DNA from: Fistulifera solaris
Lineage: Eukaryota
Assembly: GCA_030295235.1 (NCBI GenBank)
Contig: AP026125.1
Location: 248,001 to 312,000 of the forward strand
Length of the DNA: 64,000 bases
Direction: 5' to 3'
Part shown: positions 13,246 through 24,264 of the stretch, piece after piece
Position numbering within the stretch: the first letter of the stretch is position 1
How the letters are laid out: every line of letters starts with the position of its first letter
The notes under the pieces: model-generated
The model's input: only the letters and a program-made list of their open reading frames with translations
Told to the model about the DNA's origin: nothing
Databases searched by the model: none
Program-made: the position numbers and the translations under genes

Positions 13246-13527
13246 ATGTCTCAAAACAATGGCGACGACGATGATTTATACGACGACGTCATGGACGTCA
13301 AACCCGCCGCGAAAACGACCCAATCATCCGATCGGCAGGCCGACCATTCTTCCGGTCCGTTGTCACTGACCGAACAAGTTCAAATGCTACAAGAAAGGGT
13401 GAAAGAACTCGAACGAGAAAATGAACAATTGCAACGGAATATGGGTACCTTGTATCGAACGGCCAAGGCCGAGTTGCAACGCAAAGATGATCAAATACAG
13501 CAATTAATGAAGGAAACGAAAGATTAG
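13246..13527 (+). CDS. 93-aa coiled-coil protein resembling the FLASH/CASP8AP2 N-terminal domain
   Basis: Intact ATG-to-stop ORF. 'DLYDDV' followed by 'ENEQLQRNMGTLYRTAKAELQRKDDQIQQL', compared with FLASH 'LDLYEEI...[30 protein letters not shown]' (recalled). Confidence 0.7.
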   Translation: MSQNNGDDDDLYDDVMDVKPAAKTTQSSDRQADHSSGPLSLTEQVQMLQERVKELERENEQLQRNMGTLYRTAKAELQRKDDQIQQLMKETKD

Positions 13528-13835
13528 GAAATGAATTTCGATTTCGAGAGCAAATACCATTCATTTTGAACTCCACATTATTGGCATACGAAGCTGCCCC
13601 TACTGCATACGATGAAAGTATATCTGTGGTTATGGATTTCTTAATTATTGTGGGAGCGATCGCCAAGATGAAAAGTCTTCCCCTTGAACCAGAGAATCAT
13701 CTTGGCAGAGAAATCACCGAAACGAGGCGTCAGTTTTCAGTCATACCCTTCTCTTCGTTTCTTAAACTGTGCTCAATGGTTTTTTCTTCAAAAATCAGTC
13801 GTACGCAAGGGTGTTGTCTCCACTCCTACAACCGA

Positions 13836-15236
13836 TCATCCATCACACAGATCACGTTTCTGGGGTAAACACATTCTTTGATGGGATCCCACCAGTGGTA
13901 CACCCGTTCCGCCTTTTATAGTAAACAGTGGATAGCCGATTAACCGATAATGCGTCTCCATGATAGTAGCTGGATTGTGGTAATCAATGTCTTTCCGGAG
14001 GAATCCGCAGTACACCCAACTGGACTGACAGCCCGCATTGTAGCGTACTTCATCCAAGACGAGCGGATTGGCGCGGTGGGCGGGATAAAAACGACCGTGA
14101 TCGCAACACGCCGAGTCATCCGGATCGAGATCGTGAACAAAGGCGAATAGTCCCTGCTGGGGCAACACTCGATCCATTACAGTCTCCGGATCCACCGATG
14201 GAAAATCACGTTCATGTGGAACCGCCTCCGTTCGGTGAGCAGCCATCAAAATGCCTGCCTCAAGCAATTCAGATATGGCAGGAATAGCATCGTATCTCAT
14301 ATTTAATACTAGATCTGGTTCCGAAAAATACACGTACTTCCATCTGCTGGGGTTGGACCCTAACCAGGCTTGAACGTGATCGGGTTCGATCTGTTGATCG
14401 AGCTGTTTAAAGGCAGTCTGGAGACCGAGAGCGGCCAACTTCGCAACGAGACGCTTTCCTTCCAGCGATATACCGTCATACTCGATTGAGTGCAGCTCCA
14501 TGGTCCGCCCAAACGACGCCATCTGGTCTCGCACGATGGCAAAACTCCGATTGGCCAGAACTTGTTCGTATTCCGACACTCCCACCACAATCGCGCGTCC
14601 CATGCCCACTTTCCATAACGAAATCAACGTCGCCGCGAGTTCCAACGCCAACAAATCATTTTCTTCGGCGATCCCGGATGTCACGCGTACCGGTAAAACA
14701 GCGAGGGTCGCCGGAGCGACGGCGTCCGGGGATAGATCGTACGGTTCGGTGCGTTGTATGTACCGTGTGAGAATCGAAGTGAGTTGCTCGGTCACATTGG
14801 GTTGTGCCGGAAACGCCATCATCCGTTTGACATATTGCGACCAGTGCTCGACCATAAAATCCAACCAATCTCTTGTCAGTCGGATATCCCGGTAATGATG
14901 AAAAATGTATGATTTAAAGGCGACATCTTCCGGGACGCCCATGTCATCGTAATTTGTGTTCAAAAAAGAGTCCAGCTTCTGCCACCACATGCCGCTATAA
15001 TATTCGCCGTACGAACCGAAATCGGAAGGATGCAAAAAATGCACAGTGCGCTGTGTTGGATGTGTGAGTGATGGACGCGTCTCATTGTCACGAGGGAGTT
15101 GCGTGAGGCTCGTGTTCTGTTCATAATCACAAAAACGGAACGACAACCGTTCATTTGTTAAGGAGTAAAGTGAAAGAAAGCCGAGAAAGGAAAGAAGGAG
15201 AGGACCCGATCGAATCTTTCCTGCTGTGCTTGTCAT
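13836..15236 (-). CDS. Type II membrane protein, possible glycosyltransferase-like (diatom family)
   Basis: Long ORF with an N-terminal anchor (LLLSFLGFLSLYSL), a 'WKYVYFSEPDLVL' xPD motif and a Cys-rich C-terminus. Confidence 0.55.
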   Translation of the reverse strand: MTSTAGKIRSGPLLLSFLGFLSLYSLTNERLSFRFCDYEQNTSLTQLPRDNETRPSLTHPTQRTVHFLHPSDFGSYGEYYSGMWWQKLDSFLNTNYDDMGVPEDVAFKSYIFHHYRDIRLTRDWLDFMVEHWSQYVKRMMAFPAQPNVTEQLTSILTRYIQRTEPYDLSPDAVAPATLAVLPVRVTSGIAEENDLLALELAATLISLWKVGMGRAIVVGVSEYEQVLANRSFAIVRDQMASFGRTMELHSIEYDGISLEGKRLVAKLAALGLQTAFKQLDQQIEPDHVQAWLGSNPSRWKYVYFSEPDLVLNMRYDAIPAISELLEAGILMAAHRTEAVPHERDFPSVDPETVMDRVLPQQGLFAFVHDLDPDDSACCDHGRFYPAHRANPLVLDEVRYNAGCQSSWVYCGFLRKDIDYHNPATIMETHYRLIGYPLFTIKGGTGVPLVGSHQRMCLPQKRDLCDG

Positions 15237-16119
15237 GGATAATTCTGTCACCTCATGGGTTCTCTCGCGAAACGTTTGCGGCAAGCTAAATATATTCGCA
15301 GGATATTGATCCTCGTTAGCGTCTCCCGTATCGTTTAATTCAATCGAAGAAATCTCTTACTGTTTAGATTGTTGTGAGGACCTTCAAATTATCTTCACTG
15401 CAATCGAACGTCCACAATATTGTTGTCATTGTCATTGCCGAGCGGACGATCGACGCGATCGATGAGACCGAAATAAAGTATTACCGGTAAGACATATTTT
15501 CAAACTAAAAGTTCCGTCGTTCTGCCGGGAAGCAACAAGCAACAGCATTGGCATGCGACAGGCACGCACTTCTACGCATTTCTTGGTACATTGTTGTACG
15601 TGGTCGAAATTCTGGAAGAAGGGTCGCGTGTCGTTTGTGGCCCGCGACCATCTACTTTATCTTACAGTGTCTCAAGACGTCACCCTACCTTGAACCGTGA
15701 AGCCCTGATGCAAGCTACATTCTGACAAATAGTCCTTCTTCATCCGGTACTAAGAAAAACCCGGATCGGAAATCGGAACAGTTCGCTTCAGTCAGTAGAC
15801 ACCAATGTACAATTGGTTGGAGAGTTCGGCGCCCGAAGGCGACGTACTTTTTCTATCCGAGGACGAGAGGTGGAGAAACAGCAACGTGACTTCGCGTTTG
15901 TGAAGCGCTTCGGCATGCCGTTTAAACTCTGTTCGCTTTCACTCGCCTTTTTCGAAACTCTCCCACAGGTCACTTGTCAGCCGTCCCTTTGCGTCGATTG
16001 CGAACTCGATTGATCGCATTGTCAATCGAGTCGACTATCGAATTGTAAGAAAGCGAAGGACGAGTCAAGAGAGAGTCGACAAGGCATCGAATTCTTTTAG
16101 TCGAGAAATACCAGAAATA

Positions 16120-18389
16120 ATGAGTGACCTCAATGCAAATAATATGAGCAGTATGCTACAAACAACAACAACAAACTTGATAAATGCCACCGCGCCTCCC
16201 TGCCGCCTTGTAGAAGACGAAGCAGATCAAAGAGCCCGCGTACTGGCAGCAGCATTGACGGAGGCTACGGGAATTCCTCTCGAAGCCAGAAACGGAACCA
16301 TCAACCTGCGTGGACCAGCTACCACAGAAGCCTTCCTTCCACCACCAATCAACAACGAGAATGCAGTCCTCATGACCACCATTGGACTCGGCATCGATCC
16401 ATTCTTTGGATCGACGTCCATGACAGCTACGGTGGCGGCCGTCAAAGCGGTACGGGATGCCATGGAGCGAACCATCTTGCGCTTTCCTTCCGACAACGCC
16501 AATCTACGATTACACGTTCAGTTGGGTGTACCTGCGCGGTTTCCACAGCAAACCACACCGATGCACGTGGATATTCAGCAAATTATTCCCATGTTGCCTT
16601 CGTTTGTGCCTCTCTTGCCCGTGGAAGTCGTAGTGGGTGGTTTGTTGAGTGGATTGACAACATCTCCGCAAAACATGACTTGCACGGTTGTGGCGTGTAT
16701 TTCTCTTCGTAGAATCACTTCCGTTCTGGAAGTGAGATCATCACCTAATTTGGTGAGTCTCCCGACGCAGAGAAAAAGTCCGACCCCCGCGCGTGTGGAA
16801 GCCGACAAGCCCGTGCATATATGTGCGGCCAGTATGGAGGCTGCGGAAGTTTTGAGTGGATCATTAAGTCAAACGCGAAAAGAAAACAGTGGGAAACGAA
16901 ACAATATCGATGTACTGGCTCATATCGGTGCCGAACTTCATGAAGAAGAACCCAAGGCGCAGCCGGAGGCGGAAGATGCTGCTGGTAATTGCAGTTTTAA
17001 AAAGCTACCGCCCGGTATGACCAGCAAGAAGAATAAAAGACTGTTCGTCAAGCACAGTTACCGCGACTACTCTCACGAACATCCCTTGCCGGATGAACTA
17101 GATTTGATGGATGCAGGGAACACGAGGACCGTGAATGCGGCTTTTCCACTAAAACTTCATGAAACGCTATCTTTGATAGAAAAGGATGGGAATGATCATA
17201 TAGTGGGATGGTTACCGCACGGTCGTTCGTTCAAAATTCATCAGCAGAAGGAGTTTGTCGAGATGATACTGCCCCAGTATTTTGTTATGACGAAGAAGTC
17301 ATCTTTTTTACGCCAATTAAATTTGTAAGTGAGCTTCGTAAGTTTTTAACTGGCAGAAACTGGGATCCAAGCTGACACCTTTGTTTTTCAGGTATGGATT
17401 TAATCGCTTATCGGGGTCAGGCGCCGATCAGGGAAGTTATTATCATGAGAAATTTCTGCGTGGAATGAAGTTTCTTTGTCGTCGTATTCATAGACAGAAG
17501 GTAAACGGTAACGGGATTAGGGCCGCGGGAAATCCTGAAGGAGAGCCAAGTACGTGAACTCAAAGCATCTTGTGGAAAATGCACCAAATGTTTGCTCACT
17601 TTTTTTCGAACTGCAGATCTCGGTATCTTTCCTTCGTGTCCTTTGAAACTATCGGAACGTCAATTAAATTCTGAACAAACGAACGGAATGCAGTTGCCCT
17701 TATCGTCGCCTCCAGTGGTTGCAGCACAAGGGAGTGGGAGCCTGACATCGCTCGCTGCGTACACAAGTGTATATTTAGCTACTCAGAAGCAGAACGAAGT
17801 CATGGGTGTTACGGAAATCGATCGAATATACGAGGATCAGTCTTCTGCTGGAGACTCGGGATTGTCCGAAGCGGCCAAGTCGACTCAACCTCCGGCATCT
17901 TTCATCTCCGCCAGTTTTCCTCTCAAACTCCATTGTATTCTCGATAAATTGGAATCAGAAGGATCCAATGACATTATTTCGTGGCTACCTCACGGACGGG
18001 CCTTCCTCGTTTCTAACGTGGATCGCTTCGTTGAAGAACTAATGCCTCAATACTTTCATATGAGCAAGTACGCGTCATTCCAGAGACAGCTCCATATGTA
18101 TCATTTTCAGCGCATCACTACCGGTCGCGACAAGGGAGCGTATCATCACCCGAGTTTCTTGCGCGGCTCTTCCGACCTGTGTTTGAGTATGACGCGAACG
18201 AGGATCAACGGAAAAGGAACGCGACGACCCGGCAATCCAGAGGGAGAACCTGACTTTTACGAAATGGATGCCATGCCCGCGGTTCCTCCGGGGTCCATCG
18301 TTGAATTTCCTACGGAGTCACCGGAACCAGCCGATTCGGTAGCGAAGAAGCGTGTGAGAGTTTCCAGCTGTGGCAGCGAAAGTAGCTAG
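16120..18389 (+). CDS. Heat-shock transcription factor with an N-terminal Lin0512-family domain and two HSF DNA-binding domains; 3 exons (introns 17325-17391 and 17550-17616)
   Basis: DBD1: FPLKLHETL..IVGWLPHGRSFKIH..SFLRQLNL|YGF..YYHEKFLRG. DBD2: FPLKLHCIL..ISWLPHGRAF..SFQRQLHMYHF..YHHPSFLRG. Both GT-AG introns keep the reading frame. Confidence 0.9.
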
Positions 18390-18794
18390 ATCGGCTGAAA
18401 CTTGTTGGGGTTCTGTGTATATAAAATAATGCGTTATGTTCTGGGATTAAGCCGCATAGACGAATGTATTTCTAACTTGAAATAGATTTTCTTCGTAGCA
18501 AGAACATACAAGCCATGCAAAAATTTTAAATCCCAAACTTAGATTTGAGGAGGATCTTAGCTCTAGACTTTTAACGTGCTCCCTTTCTAAGGATCTTCCT
18601 TGCCTCTTGATAGGTAGCGTGAGCGGTCAAGCACCGAAGTCGGTCCGGTACTGCTCTGCCGATGATGGTTTTTTCGATGGGTTTTTGCGAGACACCTCCA
18701 AACTTATTTACTAACAACAAGAGGTCTACCTTCTTATTTTCAAAGCTCTTTGCGTGTTTGTATTATTTATTCTTCATCTCATAGTCGAGCATAC

Positions 18795-19799
18795 ATGAAA
18801 CCACCGGAAGCTCTTCGTCTCGCCAAAGCTTGTCTTGACGATGAGTCTTTAACAGAGCAGTCCGTGTCGACCCGACGCGTTTGTAGTTTATGGTCCGGAA
18901 TGGGTTCCATTTATGAACTTCGAGTAGCCGATCGCCTCCATGTTGCCATCAAACATGTACCCGTGGCAAATCCGAAAGCGACGTTTGGTGAACGCCGCAA
19001 AGCTGTCGCTTACCAAGTGGAGGCGAATTTTTACGAACATGCGGCCTCCCAGTTTCCCACGCTACGTTTGCCGCAACTCTATCACATGGAACGTCCGGAA
19101 AATTCCATTACCTTGTGCCTGGAGTGGATGAGTGGACCTCGCTATTCCTCCTCGTCACGGGTGAAAGACGCCTTGACGTGGCTGGCGACCTTGCACGGCG
19201 AAAGTTGGGGAGGACGTGCCGATGCCCTGGTCGCGTCGTGCGGATTACACGCTCAGGGAACGTACTGGCATTTGGACACACGACCGGAGGAACATGCACA
19301 AATGCCAAATAGAGGATGGGAAGGACGGTTGAAACGTGCGGCACGGGCGATTCATGATGCGCTACAGCGCGATGTCATGCAATGCATTGTCCACGGGGAT
19401 GTCAAGGAGCCCAACCTATTACTCGATTCAAATGGGGTCGTGACCATGTGCGATTTTCAATACACCGGAAAAGGTTCTCCCACGCAAGATTTGGCGTATT
19501 TTTTCTGTTCGTCAGTCGACACGGAGGAAGTCGATGAAGAGCAATTGGTACGGCATTATCACCAAGTATTGACGCAGAAAATAGTCGATCCATCCGCAAT
19601 TCCTAGCTGGGATCACTTGCAGCTTTCAATGGACCTCGCTTATTGTGATTTCTGTCGATTTATGAGTGGTTGGGGTTACTGGGGTTCGGTGGATGACATT
19701 CAATCGAGAGTCAAGGCAGTTTTGAATCGCCTAGATAATGGCAAAGACTTGGGCTCGGAGGAAGCGTACGACGCTGCTATTCGTCGTCATTTTTGGTAA
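18795..19799 (+). CDS. Ecdysteroid kinase-like / APH-choline kinase family phosphotransferase
   Basis: Motifs YQVEANFY, WLATLH, CIVHGDVKEPN and CDFQYTGKGSPTQDLAYF. Confidence 0.8.
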   Translation: MKPPEALRLAKACLDDESLTEQSVSTRRVCSLWSGMGSIYELRVADRLHVAIKHVPVANPKATFGERRKAVAYQVEANFYEHAASQFPTLRLPQLYHMERPENSITLCLEWMSGPRYSSSSRVKDALTWLATLHGESWGGRADALVASCGLHAQGTYWHLDTRPEEHAQMPNRGWEGRLKRAARAIHDALQRDVMQCIVHGDVKEPNLLLDSNGVVTMCDFQYTGKGSPTQDLAYFFCSSVDTEEVDEEQLVRHYHQVLTQKIVDPSAIPSWDHLQLSMDLAYCDFCRFMSGWGYWGSVDDIQSRVKAVLNRLDNGKDLGSEEAYDAAIRRHFW

Positions 19800-20081
19800 A
19801 TGGAAACGAAATAATGATGGGAGATGTACCTGGTTAGAACTGTATTATTGCCAACTAGCTGAAGCAGAGATTATAGAGAGTAAAATAGCTAAAGCTACTA
19901 CTTTAGAGATTGAGTTCATAATTCGTGATTGATCTAATTCCCGGGGGCCGTCTGTTGTCGTTCACTTCGATGAGTTTCGTTTCCCTTCCGACACTTTCGC
20001 AAAAAAGGTGTATTGTTGTGCTTCTTATTGATTTCTTTCAAAGGGAATAATTAGAACAACATATCATCAATAAATACACAA

Positions 20082-21008
20082 ATGGAACGACTGCAACAAC
20101 TAATGAACAGCATGCCCGGCGGCATGGGCGGAGGAGGTGACTCGCCGTCACCGGATTGCGCCGAAAAAGTACACGTCTCTTCGTTGGCCTTGCTGAAAAT
20201 GTTGAAACACGGACGTGCGGGGGTTCCTATGGAAGTCATGGGACTCATGTTGGGACAATTTGTCGATGATTACACCATCCATTGTGTCGATGTCTTTGCC
20301 ATGCCGCAATCGGGAACGACCGTCTCCGTCGAGGCCGTCGATCCGGTCTTTCAAACGAAAATGATGGAAATGCTCAAACAGACGGGTCGTCCGGAAATGG
20401 TCGTGGGATGGTATCATTCTCATCCCGGTTTCGGGTGTTGGTTGTCTTCTACCGATATTAATACGCAATCCTCGTTCGAACAGCTCAATCCCCGCACGGT
20501 CGCACTCGTCGTAGACCCCATTCAGTCCGTGAAAGGCAAGGTCGTCATCGACTGCTTTCGTCTCATTAATCCGCAGCTCATGATGTTAGGACAAGAACCA
20601 CGACAAACGACCAGCAACATCGGTCACTTGCAAAAACCCAGCATTCAGGCACTCATTCACGGCCTCAACCGACACTACTACAGCATCGTCATTGACTATC
20701 GCAAGAACGAGCTCGAAGAGCAAATGCTCATGAATTTACACAAACGGAACTGGACGGCCGGACTCAAAGTACAAAAGTACGAAGATCATCAAGCGTCGAC
20801 CGTCGAGTTGGTGGAAAAGATGGTCAAACTCACCCGGGATTACAACGAGCGCGTGCAACAAGAAGAGGGTAAAACGGTCGAACAAATTACGGTGGACAAT
20901 GTGGGGAAGATCGATCCGAAACGGCATTTGGAAGCCAGTGTCATGGATTTGATGAGTTCCAACATTATTCAGTGTTTGGGAACCATGTTAGACACGGTTG
21001 TTTTCTAA
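20082..21008 (+). CDS. RPN11: 26S proteasome lid deubiquitinase RPN11/PSMD14
   Basis: Near-identical MPN+/JAMM sequence: [42 protein letters not shown]. Confidence 0.98.
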   Translation: MERLQQLMNSMPGGMGGGGDSPSPDCAEKVHVSSLALLKMLKHGRAGVPMEVMGLMLGQFVDDYTIHCVDVFAMPQSGTTVSVEAVDPVFQTKMMEMLKQTGRPEMVVGWYHSHPGFGCWLSSTDINTQSSFEQLNPRTVALVVDPIQSVKGKVVIDCFRLINPQLMMLGQEPRQTTSNIGHLQKPSIQALIHGLNRHYYSIVIDYRKNELEEQMLMNLHKRNWTAGLKVQKYEDHQASTVELVEKMVKLTRDYNERVQQEEGKTVEQITVDNVGKIDPKRHLEASVMDLMSSNIIQCLGTMLDTVVF

Positions 21009-21090
21009 TGCGTATAGCTGCAAATGGATAGTATAAAGGCATGTATTAGTCTTTTACAGTATAAGTATAAAGCATGCATGTTTAAAAATT

Positions 21091-21320
21091 CAACCTTTGC
21101 TGAAATTAGGCGGTCTTGCTCTTGCGTAGATTCGAATAGAGCGATGCTAGTGTTCGAGCCGTCGCCTTCCCGAAATTAGACCGCTTCGCTTTACCGCGTT
21201 AGTAATCACGGGTTTACTCTCTGCTTCATCTAAAGCGGCAAATACTCCCCTTCCTCTGCTCTTTGCCCTTCCCCGCACCCTAGGATATCGACAGTCCCGC
21301 CGGAGCTGAGACGCTTGGTT
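21091..21320. ncRNA. Candidate structured non-coding RNA (family not recognised)
   Basis: GC-rich, ORF-free island between convergent gene ends, with several nested stems and a T-run terminator-like tract at each end (one per strand). Confidence 0.35.
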
Positions 21321-21488
21321 TTAAATATCGTTCATACAATTTCTTGTTTGGTGCGGAACAAAGTAAAGACTCAATCAATCTCTCCAGCACAATGACAAGC
21401 AAGTCCAAACTTCACATTGCTTATAGAATAATTTATTTATATTATTTGATTATATCTTCAGCTACCGTTCTCTCTTCAGCACAACGCT

Positions 21489-22541
21489 TCACTCTTCTGC
21501 TTGCGCCGCTTTCCATTGGATATAGTCGGCCTTCTGCTGCGCCAAGCGTTCCATCATGCCAAAGTAATCAAATTTGAGGGAACCCTTCCCTCGGTTCGAG
21601 CACTTGCCTTCTTCGGGATAGAATTGATCATGATCTGCTTTCCCATTCAAAAACGTGGGAATGTCGTCTTCTCCGTTCATCAAAAGATCCGCAAGCTTGG
21701 GCTTGGCCTGATCAATTCCCATCAACATGACTTTCGAGGCGAGTCTTCCCGGCATCAGTGGCAGCAGTAGATTCATAACAAATTGAACAATGCTGCTGAC
21801 GGGAGCAGAGATAAGAAGACTGAGGCGATCCGGATAACCACGAACCAAGGCCTTTAACGTATTAATCATGAATTGAGGGTTCGGCGGCGGAGGGGACCCA
21901 CTGTCGGCCACCACGACAAAATCGGTGACACCATCGGGCATGGAACGAATACCCGCATCCGCGAACAAAATCAAGGCATCGACTTCGGCATCGACGTTCG
22001 GATACCAAGGTTTGCGATTTGTTCGGATCCACATGACGGGTCGACCGTCTTTGGTGAACCCGTGCCAGTAGACAGAACCCGTGTTCAAACTGGTGACCAG
22101 TGCTTGTGCTTTCGACAATTTGTCCGGCTGTTCGGTGGCTTCCGGTGCGTACGGATCACCGTTCGCCAGTTTAACGAGCTCTTCCATCTCCGGTGCACCT
22201 GCCTCTTTACGCCATTGCATGACGTGAGTGAGCTTTTCCTGGGAGTATTCCAGAGGACGTCGCTTCTTGGGGTCTTTTGAGTAAGGTTTCGATGCGACCG
22301 AACGAATATACGCGTCCGACAAGTACGTAGCATCCTCCGGGAAATCCGTGGCGATAGCAGCTCGTAATGTCGCAAGTTCTTCACCTGTTACGGCGAATTC
22401 ACCTCGAACGCCTTCGTCTGCATCTTCCTGTAAAGCATCTTCAAAGTCGTTGTCTACTTCAGCAGACATTTGTGCTTTCACTTCATCCTCGTTGTACTTG
22501 GCCGGCTCGGGCTCGGATGAGAAACCCAGCAAATTAAACAT
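21489..22541 (-). CDS. CRAL-TRIO (Sec14-like) lipid-binding protein
   Basis: SDAYIRSV..KLTHVMQWRK; YWHGFTKDGRPVMWIR; GYPDRLSLLISAP..LLPLMPGRLASKV. Confidence 0.85.
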   Translation of the reverse strand: MFNLLGFSSEPEPAKYNEDEVKAQMSAEVDNDFEDALQEDADEGVRGEFAVTGEELATLRAAIATDFPEDATYLSDAYIRSVASKPYSKDPKKRRPLEYSQEKLTHVMQWRKEAGAPEMEELVKLANGDPYAPEATEQPDKLSKAQALVTSLNTGSVYWHGFTKDGRPVMWIRTNRKPWYPNVDAEVDALILFADAGIRSMPDGVTDFVVVADSGSPPPPNPQFMINTLKALVRGYPDRLSLLISAPVSSIVQFVMNLLLPLMPGRLASKVMLMGIDQAKPKLADLLMNGEDDIPTFLNGKADHDQFYPEEGKCSNRGKGSLKFDYFGMMERLAQQKADYIQWKAAQAEE

Positions 22542-23042
22542 GATCTCTTCCTTTCCTTCTTTAAACTCGTACACCGAAAGAAGTTATTCTCACGAGTGAT
22601 CGATGAGAATGATGGCGATGATGATTGCTTTATTTCTTCGCGTGACTTGCACACTTTGTTTCTCGTTGTGTACTTGTACGTGTAGCTTGAGGTCAGCAAT
22701 GGCTCGAACTTCGAACGAAGTCGACCGTGCGTGGCGCGCCCGTCGGTCCATAATGAGTGCGCACCTCTTACGCACTGGTACTAAACTGGTAGAAGTAATC
22801 CAAGTTCTCGTCAGTGACAGATTAACGGTCATTTCGCCGGTCTTGTCCTCGTCCGGTAACAATAATGAGTCCCGATCGATCGTGATTAACAATGAAAGCT
22901 GCATGAAAACTGCATCACGTTCACGATGACAATCAACTGCCGGTTCGACCATTAACAAATCACCGCACAATATCTACTTGTTCAGGTAGCTCCATAGGTT
23001 GCTTATCTGTGAAGAAAAGAGGCTCTACGGCTCTTGTAAAAC

Positions 23043-24161
23043 ATGTCGAATGACACGATTGAGCCTGTTGTGATCATCGACTGGAACGACGTGGCTATTA
23101 CTTCCGAGACAAGCCTCCAAAATGAATTACTGAAAGCTTTTGGACGCGACGGGACGGGTATCATTGCCATTCGGAATGTACCGGGCTTTGTGGAGGCGAA
23201 ACGAGCCTTTCTTCCTTTGGCGCATACCTTGGCGACGCTTCCCTCGGATTTTTTGGAGGCAACGTTGACCGATCCGAATTCGCTGTATAATGCGGGATGG
23301 TCTCACGGAAAAGAAAAACTAGGAGATCAACCTGATTTTGCCAAGGGTTCTTTTTATTTTAATCCTGTTACAGATCTTCCGGGTACAGAGGAAGACCGCA
23401 AAAAGTATCCTCTCTCGTATCCCAAAAATGTGTGGCCCGATATCCCTGAATTCAAGGAACGCGCTACACGGATCGGATGCATCATGAAAGATGCCGTCAT
23501 TGCTTTGACACGACACTTGGATACACTGGCACAATCACAAAAGACGGCGTATCCTCCCAATTTCTTATACAACGCGATGAATGGAACCGAAAAAGTAAAG
23601 GCCCGCCTTCTTTACTACTTTCCCTTGGAATCTGACCAACCACAACAACAAAAGGAAGATTCTTGGATCGGATGGCACAACGATTCCGGATTTCTGACGG
23701 CGTTGGCGGGAGACCTGTATGTGAATCATGTAACAGGGACGGTGGTCGAATGTCCGGATCCCCATGCCGGCTTGTATGTGGCGACGCGTCGTGGTACCTT
23801 TCGTGTCGAGATCCCTTCGGATTGTATGGCAGTTCAAATGGGTGAATGTACGCAAATCGTATCCGGGGGTGTTTTCTCGGCCACTCCGCATTGCGTGCGA
23901 GGAATTTCATCATCGAATGAACAGCCCATAGCGCGTATCAGCTTGCCCTGTTTCGTGGACACTCCACCTTCGTTTCCTCTCTGTGTGCCGCGCGGCTGTG
24001 ATTTACAAGAAGTCATTGACGCGTCTGTCCCTAGCGATCGCGTTCCACCGTTAGAGAAGCGGTGGACGAAGGACGGAATGTCATTCGGAGACTTTCTCAC
24101 AAAGACATTTTCTTTGTACTACTCATGGAACCAAAAGGGTGCAGGGCAAGTCGACAAATGA
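23043..24161 (+). CDS. 2-oxoglutarate/Fe(II)-dependent dioxygenase (IPNS-like)
   Basis: ARLLYYFP, HxD motif WHNDSGFLT, distal His in ATPHCV, and RIS. Confidence 0.9.
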   Translation: MSNDTIEPVVIIDWNDVAITSETSLQNELLKAFGRDGTGIIAIRNVPGFVEAKRAFLPLAHTLATLPSDFLEATLTDPNSLYNAGWSHGKEKLGDQPDFAKGSFYFNPVTDLPGTEEDRKKYPLSYPKNVWPDIPEFKERATRIGCIMKDAVIALTRHLDTLAQSQKTAYPPNFLYNAMNGTEKVKARLLYYFPLESDQPQQQKEDSWIGWHNDSGFLTALAGDLYVNHVTGTVVECPDPHAGLYVATRRGTFRVEIPSDCMAVQMGECTQIVSGGVFSATPHCVRGISSSNEQPIARISLPCFVDTPPSFPLCVPRGCDLQEVIDASVPSDRVPPLEKRWTKDGMSFGDFLTKTFSLYYSWNQKGAGQVDK

Positions 24162-24264
24162 TTAAGACTGGAGACTTTATAGTTGATGTTCTAGTTTATA
24201 GAATTGATACGACATTAGACATTTGGTTCTAGTTTGGACTAGTCAATTGAAAAATCAAAAGGGT

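Noticed and set aside
18613..18656. GGTAGCGTGAGCGGTCAAG resembles a tRNA-Leu 5' end, and GCACCGAAGTCGGT resembles a tracrRNA hairpin
   Set aside because: No T-arm or acceptor complement, and no cas genes or arrays; short chance matches.
21095..21180. Group I intron P/Q-like words (AATTTCGGGAA, AATTTCAGC) on the minus strand
   Set aside because: The P4 pairing does not form, and there are no R/S elements or host exon.
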